This document shows positions 10,980 to 25,465 of a stretch of DNA of 50,965 nucleotides, in pieces (positions within the stretch are counted from its first letter, which is position 1; every line of letters starts with the position of its first letter). Below the pieces are notes generated by a model, which did not search any database, was not told the DNA's origin, and saw nothing but the letters and a program-made list of their open reading frames with translations. The translations under genes were made by a program, and so were the position numbers. Source of the stretch: Paraspadella gotoi (taxonomy: Eukaryota > Animalia > Chaetognatha). The stretch is taken from contig CM119271.1 of the NCBI GenBank assembly GCA_051294375.1, positions 5,183,838-5,234,802 of the forward strand, read 5' to 3'.

Positions 10980-13900
10980 ATATTTTATTACACCGTCCCC
11001 TCCTCAGTATCTTCTCGGTTGTAGATCATGAGGACAAGAAAATTGTAATTACACAAAAATACTTTACTCCAATGTAGCACAAAACTCTGGGCTTACCTCT
11101 CATGTTTTTTGGTGTCCGACGTGCTTCCCCATCTTCATGATTTCAATTTTCATCGCTCAAAATCCACATTCATCGACCATTCCGCCAACATCGTATGATA
11201 TCGGGACACAGGTAATGTATAATTAAGTATCAATTTATTTGCTGATTACTTTAATAATTCTAGAGAACTCTTTTTTGCCAAGGAACGAGTCGTTCAACGA
11301 AATTCAATTCCATCCTCAAGGTCTTCAATGAATGTTCCGACAGCTGATCAGTTGACAACAGATGGCAATACCCTTCTAGATGAATGGTCTTATCTACCCG
11401 AAAACTTTGCGCAGGCTTTGCCCCGCCACGCAAACCATTTTTTGGGTGCTAATCTACTTTCGTCGAAGCAGTCGCGTTCCTCCGCATAGATCTCCATCAT
11501 TTTATTCAGCGCTTCGGTTCTGTAATTATTTGAAGTTGGCTAAATAGTGGTTTAGAATCTAATGTTTATTTATGAGTAAGTATAACAACATTTGGTGTAA
11601 TTTAATGAACTCTTGATTAGGAATCAGAATTTCCTTGTCAAAAAAAGATGTTCAAGTTTTCACTGACATGTGGGCTTTGCATTAGCAACGGGCCTGCCAG
11701 TGTGGCGCGGAACAAGAAAAGGTTTTTGATGCCTTGAGTAGGTATTTTAAGAATCCTATGATTAATATAACAAGTTGGAAATAAGGAGGATTATAAGTAT
11801 CTAGTTCTTGTTAAAGAAAACATGACAGTTTTGATAGCTGAGAAGTGACTAAAGATACATAGTTTTTTCTCGAACTGGGTTATCCCATCCCCGCCCAGAC
11901 CGCCCGCCGCTTACTTGCAAGATTTTCCAAATCCGGCCCTACCGTCTCTGGGCCCAGTGAACCCCGCCGATACTTTTGTCTCCTTTGTGCTTTGGGCTTC
12001 CGCAACCGTGCGTTGGGCAGGCGCTGTTGCGCTCAGCAGAGAATCAAGCTGCCGCTGGCGACGATTGTGCGGAGATTCCAGATTCTATCCCATCAGAAGT
12101 CAACAAAAAGAGTTTGAACTCGAGATGATGGATACTATTGGGGATAAAAAATGTTTGTTGTTGTTAAGTATCGTCAAAGGAGTTGAGAGGAGAATGAGTA
12201 GTTTGTGATAATAATTATGGTGGGGTCTTTAATGACAGTAACCTGATAATGGTTATAGCCTTATTAAAGGGTGGGAGTAATGAAATATATTAAGGCGTAT
12301 ATGTAATTAAAAGAAAATCATGCCTTTTTAAAAATTTTTTTAGGATAGAAAATTGTTTTTTCTTGTAGATAGTATCGCTTATAAATTTTGTAAAATTTTA
12401 TCAAATCAATTTTTGAAAAATTATATAACAGATATCGGCATTTGTTAGAAAAAATAAAGAAAACTTTTTATAAAATAAGTTATAGCTGGGCATTGTCTTA
12501 AAATATGTATAAAGCCGCTGAGCGAAAAAACGAGATGGAAATACATTATTCATTTTTTCAAGATATCGTTTTACCATTCACAGAAAGTTGATAAAACTTG
12601 TTTTGTAGATAAATTCTTGAACACTTGGATAGACATAGATGGAAATCATATGTTTGATCAAAATAATTTGATATACTTGTTATGGAGTGTCAAGCTAGTC
12701 TGAAATCTGTAATCAAAAATTTCAAAAATGTATTTTTTGAATTTTTTTTTATATTTTATAAGGAATAAATTATAACATACTATAAATATATTTTTAATTT
12801 GCTTTTCTGTTCCGCGCAAACAATTATTGAAGACAAAATACTGTTTTATAATTCGCATTATCATAATATCATCGCTTGAAATTTCAATATTATTTATTGG
12901 ACGCTCACAAGTGCTACATTGCTAGTATACAGCAAATGGAGTTAGTTTTATTCAGTCTATCATGGTTATGTTCAATTGTGTTGGCTAAATTAAACGTTGC
13001 TCATTATTTATGGCAGAATGTTATACGGTAGGTGGTGTAATTCAAGTGTAAGGTAAAATAGAATAATCTTATCTAAACCTGGTCGTCAAAATCATTGTGG
13101 GTCTATATTTTAAAAGGAAATTTAGATCAGAGAGGTTAAGATAAATCTATTTGCCCCAGGACTAAAAATGTGTCAGACGAGCGAGTAAATTCAAGTATTT
13201 TCATCACAGTGCAGCAGAAAATTTATTCTTCAAATATAAGAGGTCCCGACTCTTATTTAATTCACCTGTCGGTCCGTGTCACGGGTCCTTCCCCTGCTAA
13301 GTATGTTGTTGGGGGACCCAATCACTTAAACATCAATGTGGAGAACAGAATGTGAAATTACTGATAAATGATGAAAAAAACAAATTTGATGTTCGCGTCG
13401 CCGGTCACATTGATTCTGTCCTGTCTAGTTCTGTCCGTCGTCTAACCGTCCCACCTTTAGCAAGAAATGAATTCCAATAGATTCTACCGTCATGTTGGGA
13501 GGTTTGGATTGTTGAATGTAAATTTTGTGTTGTAGGAAGATGTGTAGGTTTGAAGGAAGCTAGAATAAATTCACGCTCTGGTGTAGCGTGAATCAGTGCG
13601 AGTTGGACAATGAGTTTTATTACTGGTTAAAAAAACGTACCAGTCGACCTATTGTGACTTAAATGCTGTTATTATTATATAATTACTAATAAATGTTTTA
13701 ATTAATATCACATTTAATTAATTATTGTGGAAAAATTTTAAAAAATATTGTTGAATTTATGCATTTATGCACTGATTAGCCGCTAATTATCGTAGGCAGA
13801 AATCCGACATTGTTTTGCTCAAACTTGTTTATATCTATTATTAATATTGATCTATTATCTATTTTTTGGTCAGATAGTTTTTTACATTAGTTTCTTACCA

Positions 13901-16900
13901 ATATCCTGAAAACGAAATATTTTATTAAAATGAAATGAATCACATTTGGTTGAGGAAATTAATGCCCGACTAGCCAGTTATCATTTATAAATAAATTCCA
14001 TTTTCTATTTGATTCTTCGATTTCATTTTGCCATTGGGACGTTTTGCTTGCAAAATATATGCACTTTGTAGATATGTGGCTTTATAATAAGGCTCAGCCA
14101 CAACAAAAGTTTTCATTGGAGCATGGTTATCCGCCTCATTAAACCAGCAACATTATGGGTGCTTTGAACCAGTGTCTTGGTTGGCTTTCTCCTTGGCGTT
14201 TGTTTACGTGATTTAAGTCTCTGACTCCCTGTTGAAGGGACGCTGTCCGACGGCTTTTAAAGCATCAACGACGGCTGACTAAACGATCCATGATCACTAA
14301 TAAAGATCAATTTTCAAAAGTTCGGACATTTCTTTGAGTTATGAAAAGTAGGAGAAAACGTTTTGTAAAAAAACTTTTCTTTTACTTCGTTGATTCTGTT
14401 CAAAAAAGGTGTAGGAAGGCACAAAAGTTCCAGTTCTTATTTAGGCAACAATGAGTAATTGATACCAGAGATACATTAAAGGTGAAGAAGACTGAAGAAA
14501 GAGAGCGCGGGGCACAGAAGTGAGAGACGAGTGAGAGAGGTAGACAGAGAGAGGAGAGTGTTAAAGACAATTTAAAGGGATAAAGTGATTTTGAATCTTT
14601 GAAATATACTCCGGCGTCCCGAGTCTAGCGTGTTCGTTCAAGATATCTTATTTAAGCTTTTCCAAACGTCGGTCTTTTGAGCCTGCAGGGATTAAACAAG
14701 TCATGGTCCTCGCCAATCTGGGCGCAAAAGGTGCCAGGGTATAACTAAGCCCGGTGGCGGCCTGAGCGTTAAGACGGCAGAGGCGCTCAAGGGCGCCCTC
14801 TGTCCCTGGGGGTTTTCTATAATTAAGCCCAAATAAAAAAAAATACGAATTGTTTAACAAAGACGCGTTTGAATTTCAGCGAAGCTCAAAGGGAAACGTC
14901 TTAAAATTGAAGGTAATAACTACGGTATTACACACATATTCATTAAATTAAAATAAATTATTCTTGTCCTCTTTACATTTGTAGAAAAAAACTTTTATCT
15001 AATACTTGTCCAGATAAATCTATTTGAATTACAAGGAACTGAAACACTAGAAAGATTATTCATGTTACGCACTGCGCGCGGCTAACGAAAACTGGTGTAA
15101 GACCAGTTTTACAATCCTTTTAATCTTATAAAACTCGTCCCATTTTTTTTTTTAATCTGGAAATTTTGTTATGAAAAAAATTAAATATGAAATTCTTAGT
15201 AATATTTATTCGATTTTCATCTTAGTATGACATAATGCCTTAGACTTACTAAATAACAACGTTATACAGTATTTTTTTTAAATTGACCTTTGTTAATTTT
15301 TTATAAAAATAACTTGGAAAAGTAAAATACTTGTATAGCAAATTAATACTATTAAAATTATTCTCATTAGGTAAATAATTTCTTTTCTTTTCTCCGTATG
15401 GTTTATTGGTGATAATTTAAAAATTAGTTTGACTTATTGTGCAACACGAATTTTAATTATTATTATCTAAATAAGCAGACACAGGCCACAGAAGTAAATC
15501 TTATAATAAGCTAACGCATATTACCAAATATCTCATGCATTATAATTTTGTTGGAATCAGTCACAAATGTTTCTCATCTCTGGCCCGATTTGTCCACTTC
15601 TATTCAAACTCATTCCTTCGCTAGGATAGCATAGCCTACTACGCTGCCTCCCTCGCCCGACGCTGCCTGTTTTGGGATGCACGTGGCGATCGCTCCTGTA
15701 TTGGCATGCTGATATGATTTCTCAATCGACTCGATGGATATCATCTTCCGTTTGTTGGTCGTTCGATGCGGAATCGATGTTAATTTAGATAAAAGTTAAT
15801 CGATAAACCGACGCACAACCTGGATTCATTTTTGGGAATTTGAAGGGTGAGATAAATTAAAAGGGAATGAGGGTGTAAGAAAGGGATGGTGGAATTAACA
15901 ATAGGGGATGAGAAAAGAGAGACGTGTATGATGCTGCCTTAAATAAGTTTAAAAAAACGGATGAATATTGGTTAATGGCAACAAGAATAATTAGAAAATA
16001 GTCATGCATGGCTGATGCAGTTTTTCCTAAAAATGGCCTTCCTCAGCATGATTGAGTGGAAGGAACCAAAAGAAGGATTTTTAAAGTCTTGAAAGAAATT
16101 CGTCGAACATTCGGCGTCTTTTTCGGTTCGCATTGCCTGCAACTATCCTCACCTCAGACACGGATGGTAATCAAGTGTCGTCTTGTGGTCAAAGACTTTT
16201 TCATCTCTTTTCCCAACAGGAGAATCGGTTTGAATTGAGCTGGCTTGGGTATTGATTTTTAGCTTACATTTAAATTCTCAAATACTCTGTCTCTGTCTTA
16301 GTGTTCCTCAGCCAGCGCTTGCCCCGAATCGGCTTCGGAAACGTACTCAGCCTGCGCTCCACTATTTGAGAGATGGGCGTCCATGGTTTCGATCCTGTTG
16401 TACTCTACACCTTTTCAGTTTAAAATCGAATAGGAGATAAAATGACAGCCAACCTTCCTGTAATTTTTACATGCGTCAGGGGGACTTGTGTTATTTTGAA
16501 CATTGTTGGTAAGAAAAGTAAGCCGCGCGCTCTTTTAATACAGTAATAAATATTTCAATTAAAATGAAAAAAATACTAAAATATGTACGTATATAATAGA
16601 ATAGAATCAATTGATTTTCAACCTGAATGACTCCTCCATTAACCTTGAAACCTTATCCCAGACTAAAACACAAGGATGGTGGAGGCCCGAGTTTGATAGT
16701 GATTCGCCGTTTTAAATTCAGAGACTTGCTGTAGACGCAGTCAGCCCTCTGCGCTTTAGGATTAAGAAGTTTAATCATCAGAGTGTATCTGCGTAAACCT
16801 TTTGTCTTCCTTTCATTTTTTGCATGTCCCTGGTTGAATGAAAACTGGTTTTTTTCTACTGTGCATCCCTCACATGTCCCTAAGTCCCTGATATCTTAGG

Positions 16901-17650
16901 GGCTTTTTACATTTCGTTATCGTCCTTAACTTCTTCTAACTTTTCTCCCTTTTCCCCCAAATCACAAACTTTTTCCCTCTCACCCTTCGCCTCGCCGGGT
17001 TTCATGATTACCTCTCCCGCAACTATGCCCACAGACAACAACCAATTACATTTCCATCGACTCGCCGCGCTTCGCGCTAGTCGCGAGGCATCAGAGTGCG
17101 AACTTCGTTCGAAAAATCTTTCTGGGCTGCCTCATTTGCCAAGCGGTCGGTTCCGTTTTGGTTCAAAGTTCTTGACAAATATTCTTCAAACCTTCTTATA
17201 GATGTTGGTGTTGGATGCCATTATAATGCGAGTCTCGGGAAACAAAGCAAAAGAAAGGCTCTATTAAGTGCCTAAGGTTGAGTTGGTGCAAGTAGTGGGC
17301 GAAGAGGGCACGAGAAGGATTCTGTAATACCTAAGAGGTAAAAGGGAGAGGAATTACTGGAGAAAAAAGATTGATTAAAGTGTAAAAGTTTACCAGAATA
17401 CTAAAGATTCAGTATATGATTGTTCTTTCTAAATTAGTGCTTTTGTAAATCGAGACTTCAAGCGTGATTAAGATAAAATGAAATTAAATAACACCTCCTC
17501 GTGTGTAGGACGCCGAAAAAGAAGAGGCGGCGGCGCGCCACCCGGAACGCCTAGCAAGAAACGTAGACGAACTTCGTTTGGTCGTTTTTGTGTGAAATCG
17601 AAGTTGAATCATTGGCGCACGGGTTTACGATCTCTGTCCAGCCCAGGCAT
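10980..17650 (-). pseudogene. hAT-superfamily transposase-like gene (BED finger + DDE core + C-terminal dimerisation domain), fragmented or spliced and heavily frameshifted
   Basis: Minus-strand GC-richer blocks separated by AT-rich spacers give hAT-like motifs in the expected order: MPGLDRDRKPVRQ*F...KFVYVSC (ATG 17650, BED-like), MIKLLNP (~16770), VRIVAGNAN (~16150; cf. VTDNAAN), cag|GCAS (~15820; cf. CxxH), KPTKT/WFKAPIML (~14185-14150; cf. PxxTRWxSxxxML), ttacag|TEALNKMMEIYAEERDCFDESRLAPKKWFAWRGKAC...SAV.TF...RL (~11520-11290; dimerisation-like), LVLMIYN (~11035). GTAAG donor-like sites occur at ~11915 and ~11095. Confidence 0.5.
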
Positions 17651-18809
17651 GACAGGTGGGCAAACCAATGTTAGGTTAGTTGGATTGATTTTGAGGATTA
17701 ACACATTTGTCACTAGTTTTGGGTTGGGTGAAGTAATAAACTCAACACTAAACTTCTAACAGAGTTCAAATATATAAGCGAGTAATTTTCAAAAACTTAG
17801 TTTTAAATTGAAGGGACATCATAATGCAAACAGGTGAGGTAAATTAAATAAATCAACATTTTGGAACTGCCTTGAAAAATGATTGCCAAATTAAAATCTG
17901 AAAATATCGAAACAAATTAATACTGCACTTGTAAGACGGCCCACAAATTGTTTTATTAAACTTAGTTTTTTTTTGTAGTTTCTGTTAACTGACATTTTAA
18001 ATGATAGAAAAAGAAAGCAATAGTGCGATTTTGTTAAGAAAAAGGGTCATTCAATCAACTATCAAAATAAGGCTAACAATGGAGTACAAAAATTCAGAAA
18101 GCTGAGGGCTCCATGGCGATTCCAAAAAATTTTCACTTTAAGGCATCTTGATGCATTCTAAACGCCATTTCAATAAATGCGGTTTTAATTTTATAATTAA
18201 AAAAATAAAGAAACCTATGCTGAAGAGTTTGGCAGGTCAAAGCGTTAAAAGGGGCGCAATTCAACCATAGGGGGGGGCGGGGGGTGATATTTTTTTATGA
18301 ATTTTTTTTATTATGAATTAGAAAAATGTAATTAGAGGCATTTTTTAAATTTCAACTTGGTAGGCCGGTTGAAATTGAAACGTTTTTAAATTTTAAACCC
18401 GAATTCATTTCTAACATGGTACGAACGCCCGTTTATGCAAAATGCTCTCTCTATTAATTGTTTATNNNNNNNNNNNNNNNNNNNNNNNNNAAAAAAAAAA
18501 CCAGCGGCCGAGCTCGAAGTCAATCAAAAGGCAAAACACGCCCGAGGGAGAGAGGGTCAGAAAAAATGGGGAGGAAAGGGGGAGAGATGGAGAGTTGGAG
18601 GAAGAGGAAGGGGAGGAGGAGAGGAGGAAGAAGAGGGAGAGGGAGATAGAGAGATGGAAGCTTAGGGAGGGGGAGTAAAGAGAAGTTTTCGTAACGTTTG
18701 AATCGTTCTGATGACAAATGTGAGGGGAGAACGAAAGAAGTGAAAAAGGAAAAAAAAAGAAAAGAAAAAAGCTCAATTACACGTTAAAACATTAAAAATA
18801 AGTAATTTA

Positions 18810-18978
18810 GCTGCTGTCGCTGCTGACGCTGTTGTCGCTGCTGTCGCTGATGTCGCTGCTGACGCTGTTGTCGCTGTTGTCGCTGCTGTCGCTGCTGTCG
18901 CTGCTGTCGCTGATGTCGCTGCTGACGCTGCTGACGCTGTTGTCGCTGCTGTCGCTGCTGTGTCTGCTGTCGCTGTCG
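18810..18978. repeat. 9-bp minisatellite (GCTGCTGTC)n
   Basis: Tandem gctgctgtc/gctgttgtc/gctgatgtc units; produces the spurious QQR-repeat ORF. Confidence 0.9.
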
Positions 18979-20344
18979 TTGAACTTTATTCACAAAACGA
19001 AACCCGAGATTGTCTCTTCTCTTGACGTCGTTATCCGGATTAACGGCTCATACGCACGAACGGGCCGAGGGACATAAAAGTTCTATTTTTGAAAACAAAG
19101 AGAGAGAGAGAGAGGGAGAGGGAGAGAGAGAGAGTTGTAGTTCCAAAAGAACTCCATGTTTCAGGCAACAACATAAAATAAAATTTCGTTTTCATACTAG
19201 TAGTATCAAAAATCTCGAATTTAAAATAGTTTCAACAGTTCACTAAGATTTTGAAGGATGGTTCAGCGGTCTGGAACGCGAAACCTTTTGGTCGTAAGAA
19301 AAAGACAAAAAAAAAAAAAAAAAGAAGAAAGATTTAATATCCAAACTCGAATTCCAAAAAAAGATTTCATTTTCTCTTTTTATCTTCCCATAATTTTTTN
19401 NNNNNNNNNNNNNNNNNNNNNNNNNNNNNNNNNNNNNNNNNNNNNNNNNNNNNNNNNNNNNNNNNNNNNNNNNNNNNNNNNNNNNNNNNNNNNNNNNNNN
19501 NNNNNNNNNNNNNNNNNNNNNNNNNNNNNNNNNNNNNNNNNNNNNNNNNNNNNNNNNNNNNNNNNNNNNNNNNNNNNNNNNNNNNNNNNNNNNNNNNNNN
19601 NNNNNNNNNNNNNNNNNNNNNNNNNNNNNNNNNNNNNNNNNNNNNNNNNNNNNNNNNNNNNNNNNNNNNNNNNNNNNNNNNNNNNNNNNNNNNNNNNNNN
19701 NNNNNNNNNNNNNNNNNNNNNNNNNNNNNNNNNNNNNNNNNNNNNNNNNNNNNNNNNNNNNNNNNNNNNNNNNNNNNNNNNNNNNNNNNNNNNNNNNNNN
19801 NNNNNNNNNNNNNNNNNNNNNNNNNNNNNNNNNNNNNNNNNNNNNNNNNNNNNNNNNNNNNNNNNNNNNNNNNNNNNNNNNNNNNNNNNNNNNNNNNNNN
19901 NNNNNNNNNNNNNNNNNNNNNNNTTTCTCGAGCTTCAAAAAAGCAAGAAAAAAAGCAAAAGAGCGAAAACCTAAACCGTGGGAAGTTTTTCTCCCGATTG
20001 ATCAGACGAAGGGAAAATTTTTTTTTTTTCAAAACAAAAGAAGAGAGAAAAGAAAAGAACACAACAAAAGGAAAAGGAAACGAAAATAAACAGCAAAAAC
20101 AACCACAACAACGACGACGACGAGAAAGACCTGCGAGGGGGGGGGAAGAGGTTGTGGTCACGTGATCATCCAGGCGAGATTCACTGACAGAAGGAGAGAT
20201 CAGGTCGTCAGAGAGATCGTCAGGTCGCTTTTTGTCTTACGTTTTGACCTGTAGTCGGGAATTGCAATTTGTTCACCCCGCCTATAAGCCGGTAACCTTC
20301 TCTCGTGACCCGTTGGCTCATGACAATTAGGTACCGGGATCGAT

Positions 20345-20473
20345 TCCCCAATGGTACCTACCCTGCGGTGAGCGTGAGGACGGCCGTAAACCGCCTTGGA
20401 GGCTGCAGCTTCTAGAGGGGGCACAGAAAATACGGATAGTAGTCTTCAGCCCACTGAGCGCCTTATCCACAGA
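20345..20473 (-). mobile_element. SINE-like dispersed repeat, copy 2
   Basis: The reverse complement matches the blocks of 792-943 (see copy 1); it probably extends further toward ~20200. Confidence 0.4.
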
Positions 20474-20764
20474 CCCACAATAAAAAACAAGAATGACCAC
20501 TATGACGACGACTATGACGACCACAATGACGACGTCAACGAGACCACGACGATAGGAACGACGATGACCACAAACGAATCGCGTCTTTTCAACGAAGAAA
20601 AAAAAAGCGAAAGACGAAAATCGAATCTGAGGAAAAACGACGTCTGACTTTTTCTTCTTCGAAGGTGACAGTGATCGTNNNNNNNNNNGTCGTCGTCGTC
20701 GTCATCATTTTCGTTAAAAGCCTCATTTTTTGACTTCCTTTTTATCTTTGACGTCTCGTCCTCA

Positions 20765-20810
20765 GAATCATCATCCTCATCATTGATTCATTATCATCAT
20801 CATCATCATC

Positions 20811-20874
<64 letters not shown>

Positions 20875-20892
20875 GTCGTCGTAATCATCATC
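20765..20892. repeat. (CAT)n microsatellite
   Basis: Long catcatcat tract seen directly. Confidence 0.95.
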
Positions 20893-21497
20893 ATATTGAA
20901 TTGTTATCGTCTCCATGTAATGAGAATCCGTGTCATTGTACTAATCCGTGTCATTCAATGTCATCCGCCTTGTCATCTTTTTTTTACTGTCTCTGTCATC
21001 GACTTCGTCCTTAGCTTCTTCTCAGAATCCCGACCGGAAGTTCCTAAGGAAATCAAATCCGTGCTACTATAGACGGAAAAGGTCGGGGATTCTTGCTGTC
21101 ATTGTTGTTGTTGTTGTCGTTGTTGTTTTTGTTGTCGTCGTGTTCTGGTCATACCTGAAAACTGATTGTCGAGGAAAAGTAATTACGGTAATTACAATAT
21201 GATTACAAAGTGTTGTAACTTTAACTATTGTATGGATGATTTGTTATTTTTTTTTTTTTTTTTTTTGCAAGCTTCATTTCAAAATTTTTCATCATATCAT
21301 TTCTAATTTTTAAAAACCACAATCGGCAATGGAGTAAAGACAAACGCCAAAAACAATGAGAGGAATTGAGGTACAAAGATTAAGTCATAAAGAGAGAAAG
21401 AAACAATGAAGGAAGGAAGTCAAAGAAAGTGAAGGTCAAAGGAAAGATTGAAAAAAAAAGGAAAGAGAAAAAAAAGGAGAAACTGAGAGAAAAAAGA

Positions 21498-21854
21498 AAC
21501 AAGAACGGTAATTCCAATGTTTTGCGCCGCAGTGACGACTTACTTTTCACCGTTTTCTTCCATGCCATATGACATACATGATACACAGCACTTTCTCTCT
21601 GCCCGTTGTATCTATAACCTCGCACAGAAGCGAAATTCCGTTCTTCATAGTTTAGGAATTTCTGAAGCAGCGCTAAGCCGTCCCTCCTAACTAAGATTTT
21701 TTTTCTGACTACAAATGGAGCAACTATAAGCAAATTATATCGATTTTTAAACGTAAGTGCGGACAGAACAACGGATTAAACGGAAATACCGACGGACCGA
21801 CCGACAGCCGATAAAAAAGTGACTTAATAAGATAACTCGGCGCGCAACTAAAAA
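21498..21854 (-). mobile_element. Non-autonomous Helentron/DINE-1 (HINE)-like repeat, copy A
   Basis: In element orientation it starts TTTTTAGTTGCGCGC, carries a GTCY microsatellite, and ends GTCACTGCGGCGCA...TTGGAATTACCGTTCTTGTT. It shares internal blocks (ATAATTTGC.TATAGTT, GAATTTCG) with copies B-E. Family assignment is inferred from architecture. Confidence 0.55.
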
Positions 21855-22040
21855 GAAACGAAGGAAAAGAGGAAAAAGAAAGAAAAAGAAGAAAAGAAGG
21901 AGAAGAAAGAAAAGAAGGAATGAGAGGATTTATGTCAGCGATGATTCACTCGAGATTCGACGAAGGGAAAAAAATAAGAAAAAAAAGAAATTGGATGAGA
22001 AAAAATAGGACTCGAGTCGGCAGAAAACAGAAACAAAGGG

Positions 22041-22150
<110 letters not shown>

Positions 22151-22494
22151 AAAGAACGAGAGAGGTTAAGAGGAACAAGCGCGGTAAACGAAATACGAAT
22201 ATAAAAAATGGCCGAACGTTTTTCTCTGGTGAGGAAACGAGGTGAGAAAAAAAATATCTGATGAATGACTGAGAAATCAGTTTCTCTCTATTTTTTTTCT
22301 TCTTCATCGCGTGCCGTGGACTTGTATAAACGGAGTTCTCTATAGTTTAAACGCTTTTTATTTATCATTCAGATTTCCGACTATAACATAATTTTGTAAC
22401 TAGTCTTTCTCTGTGTAAAAAAGAGTTATAATTAATGCGATTCTTGTACGAGGCTACAATAGACGAACAAAACGTATTTTAGAAAAGTTCCTTT

Positions 22495-22824
22495 TTTTTT
22501 AGTTGCGCGCAGGACTCGCGGAGAAACTCCATAAAAACTTTCGGTCGTCGGTCTGTCATGTCTGTCCGTCGGTCTGTCCACTTACGTTAAAATGCATATA
22601 TTTGCCTATAGTTCGTTGCCATTTGTTAAGGAAGAAAAAAATCACAAATCTAGAATCCTAAAAACTATAGGAATAAAGACGGATTTTTGACGCGGTGCAT
22701 GTCATAAATACACGGCAAAGAAAGTTTTTTAGTCATGTCATGTAATGTCATATCATGTGATCCAAAGGGAAATACGCGTGAAAATAAAGTCACTGCGGCG
22801 CACAATTGGAATCCCGTTTTGGTT
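22495..22824 (+). mobile_element. HINE-like repeat, copy B
   Basis: TTTTTAGTTGCGCGC...GGTCGTCGGTCTGTC...GTCACTGCGGCGCACAATTGGAATCCCGTTTTGGTT. Confidence 0.55.
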
Positions 22825-23153
22825 ATAATTGTATAAAGATTAAAAAGAATTTATTTCGTTCTGCCTCAATATGATCATCGAGCTGAAATCATGAAACCAG
22901 ATAAATAACGGACAACCCTCCTCTGCAACGTCCAATGTCCCAAGACCAAGACCATCAGACAATCAGCGCGCAGACTGCGAAGACTGAAAAAAAAAGTTCA
23001 TAGAGATGCTGATGCGAAGTATAAAAAACAGATGACGATAATCTACAGACGGGATCTCATCTTCTACAGATGGTAACCATATAACGCGGCGAGGGCGGAA
23101 GTCGATGAGGGGAGAGAGAGAGAGAGAGGAGAGAGAGAGGAGAGAGAGAGAAG

Positions 23154-23204
<51 letters not shown>

Positions 23205-23280
23205 GATGGATCACGCGAAATACGCGATCATAAAAGGGGGAAAAACCATCAGTGCAACTGTATCCGTGAAAATAAATCAA

Positions 23281-23367
<87 letters not shown>

Positions 23368-24593
23368 CTCTCTTCTCTTTGGCGTTCGCGGTCAATTTCC
23401 CATAGGGCGATGTCTCGTTTCTTTCGTCATAGGCGAAGATATCAGCGTCGGATCCGATAAAAGAGTTGTCGTCGTCGTCGTCGTCCGTTGTTGTTTTGTA
23501 TTTAGTTGTCGTTGTTGTCGCCATGATCATCATCATCCTCATCGGTCAGCATCACGTCGTAACCTTCATCCTTTTATTTTCGGAATATTTTTCATCTCTT
23601 TCCATTTTTCTTCATGATTTAGAAATATTTTTTTTTTGTTATGTATAAAAAGGGATTAATATTTAAAAACAAGTTGTTTCTTGTTCTTTAAATCGTGTTT
23701 CGCTTCATAGATTGTTTTCTCCACTAGGGAAATATTTATTCGTCATCTTTCATGTCATCATCATCATTTCTTCAATCGTCGAAGTTTTTGGTTCTCTCGC
23801 GAATTTAAACATCGCCGTTGCATAATCAAGATCGGATCAAATCGTCCCTTTAATTGTTTGACTAATCCACATTCATGCGATATAATAATATCGTCGCGAG
23901 GCTTCGGCGTTTGGAAAAGTCGTCAAGCCGTTGGCGGCTGCTGCTGCGGCTGAGAGAACGCATTAGCAGCGGAATTGTAGCAGCGGCGAGAGGAAATCCT
24001 TCGCGGTTTTAGTTTTTGCAGCGAAGTTGGGAATGTTCTTTCTTTTGCAAATTCGCCGTTCGATGGCGGAACGGTAGAAATTAAAACGATTTAATTATCA
24101 TTCGTTCTTTCAATTGACGAGTTTAAACAAGTTAAAGGGACCTCCGGCGGAAACTTACGCAGTTTTAACATATATAATTATATAATATTTTCATTTAAAT
24201 ATTTCCTAAACTTATTCGTCTTAACCATCGTCATTGTCATTAATTAAAAATCCCTATCATCGTCAGTATCGTATTCTCACTTTTCCATCGTCCACCAATT
24301 ACCTAATCCGTCCCTCTTGACCTCTGTCTTCCCCAGCCCCATCGACCCCATCATCTCCCACTGTCGTCTTCATCATCACGCGCCAAATCGATTATCGTCT
24401 CGAGAGAGAAAAAAAAAAGAACAAGTTGAGGCGAAGAGAAAAGTTTTTACGAGAAGGGGATCGAACTGGCCTAAGGGCCTTTTAGTAAACGGGGGTTTCG
24501 GCACTATTTTCCGAAAGCGCCTTATTTCAATATATAATTAACATAATAAACATAATCATTATAACACTTATCTCACTATCCACTATTATTCTA

Positions 24594-25004
24594 ATATTTA
24601 CCAAGTACCCGAGTACTGCGTGGAACTCTATAAGTTACTTTTGGGTCGGTCTGTCTGTCGGTCGGTCTGTCGTCGTCTGTCTGTCGGTCGGTCGGTCTGT
24701 CGTTTGTATGTTTGTCCATCGGCTGTCCCCATACATTAAAAGATGCATATGATTTGCCTATAGTTTCTTGGCTCATTTGTTAAGACAGGATAAAACCTCA
24801 AATCTAAGCGACCTGCTCGCGCCGACTTTGGAAATCCTATAACTATAAGAAATAAAAGAGGGAATTTCGATGCAAGTACTGTTGTAAATACACCGGCTTA
24901 AAAATTATTAATCATGTCATATCATGTAAAATCATGTAATCAAAGAAAATACACGTGAAATAACGTCACTGCGGCGCAACTCATTGGATGAACCGATCTC
25001 GTTT
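24594..25004 (+). mobile_element. HINE-like repeat, copy C
   Basis: GAACTCTATAAGTTACTTTTGGGTCGGTCTGTCTGTCGG (GTCY array)...GCATATGATTTGCCTATAGTT...GTCACTGCGGCGCAACTCATTGG...CTCGTTT. Confidence 0.55.
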
Positions 25005-25411
25005 ATCTTTCATCTCCCATCCTAATCTCAGCCTGATTCCTAATTTTTTTTTCCCTACCGACACCCTTCTTCTACTCGAATCCCTAACCTAATTTCTCAC
25101 CTAATCCCTAACCTTATCCCTAACCTATTTTATAAAACTAATAAACTAACTTATTCCGATCGCGTTTTCCTACTTAGTTCCTTCCTTACTTGTTGTATCT
25201 TACTTTGGAAAAAAAAAAATCCATTATTGAATTATTATCATTATCATTCGTGATGAAAATATCGAGATTCGGTCTGCCCATTATTTTTCGGGGATTTCTA
25301 GGAGTTGACTACAGCGTTACGTTGATAATCGGAGAATATTAAAGAGGAACATCACAGATACGGACTTTGGTTTTAAAAGAGTGAGGGAGGGAAATACACA
25401 AAGATATCTCT

Positions 25412-25465
<54 letters not shown>

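Noticed and set aside
14685-14810. HDV-like or twister ribozyme (TGGTCCTCGCCA; GGGT...AAGCCC; GCAGAG)
   Set aside because: P1/P2 pairings and loop lengths could not be satisfied; more likely part of the minus-strand transposase blocks.
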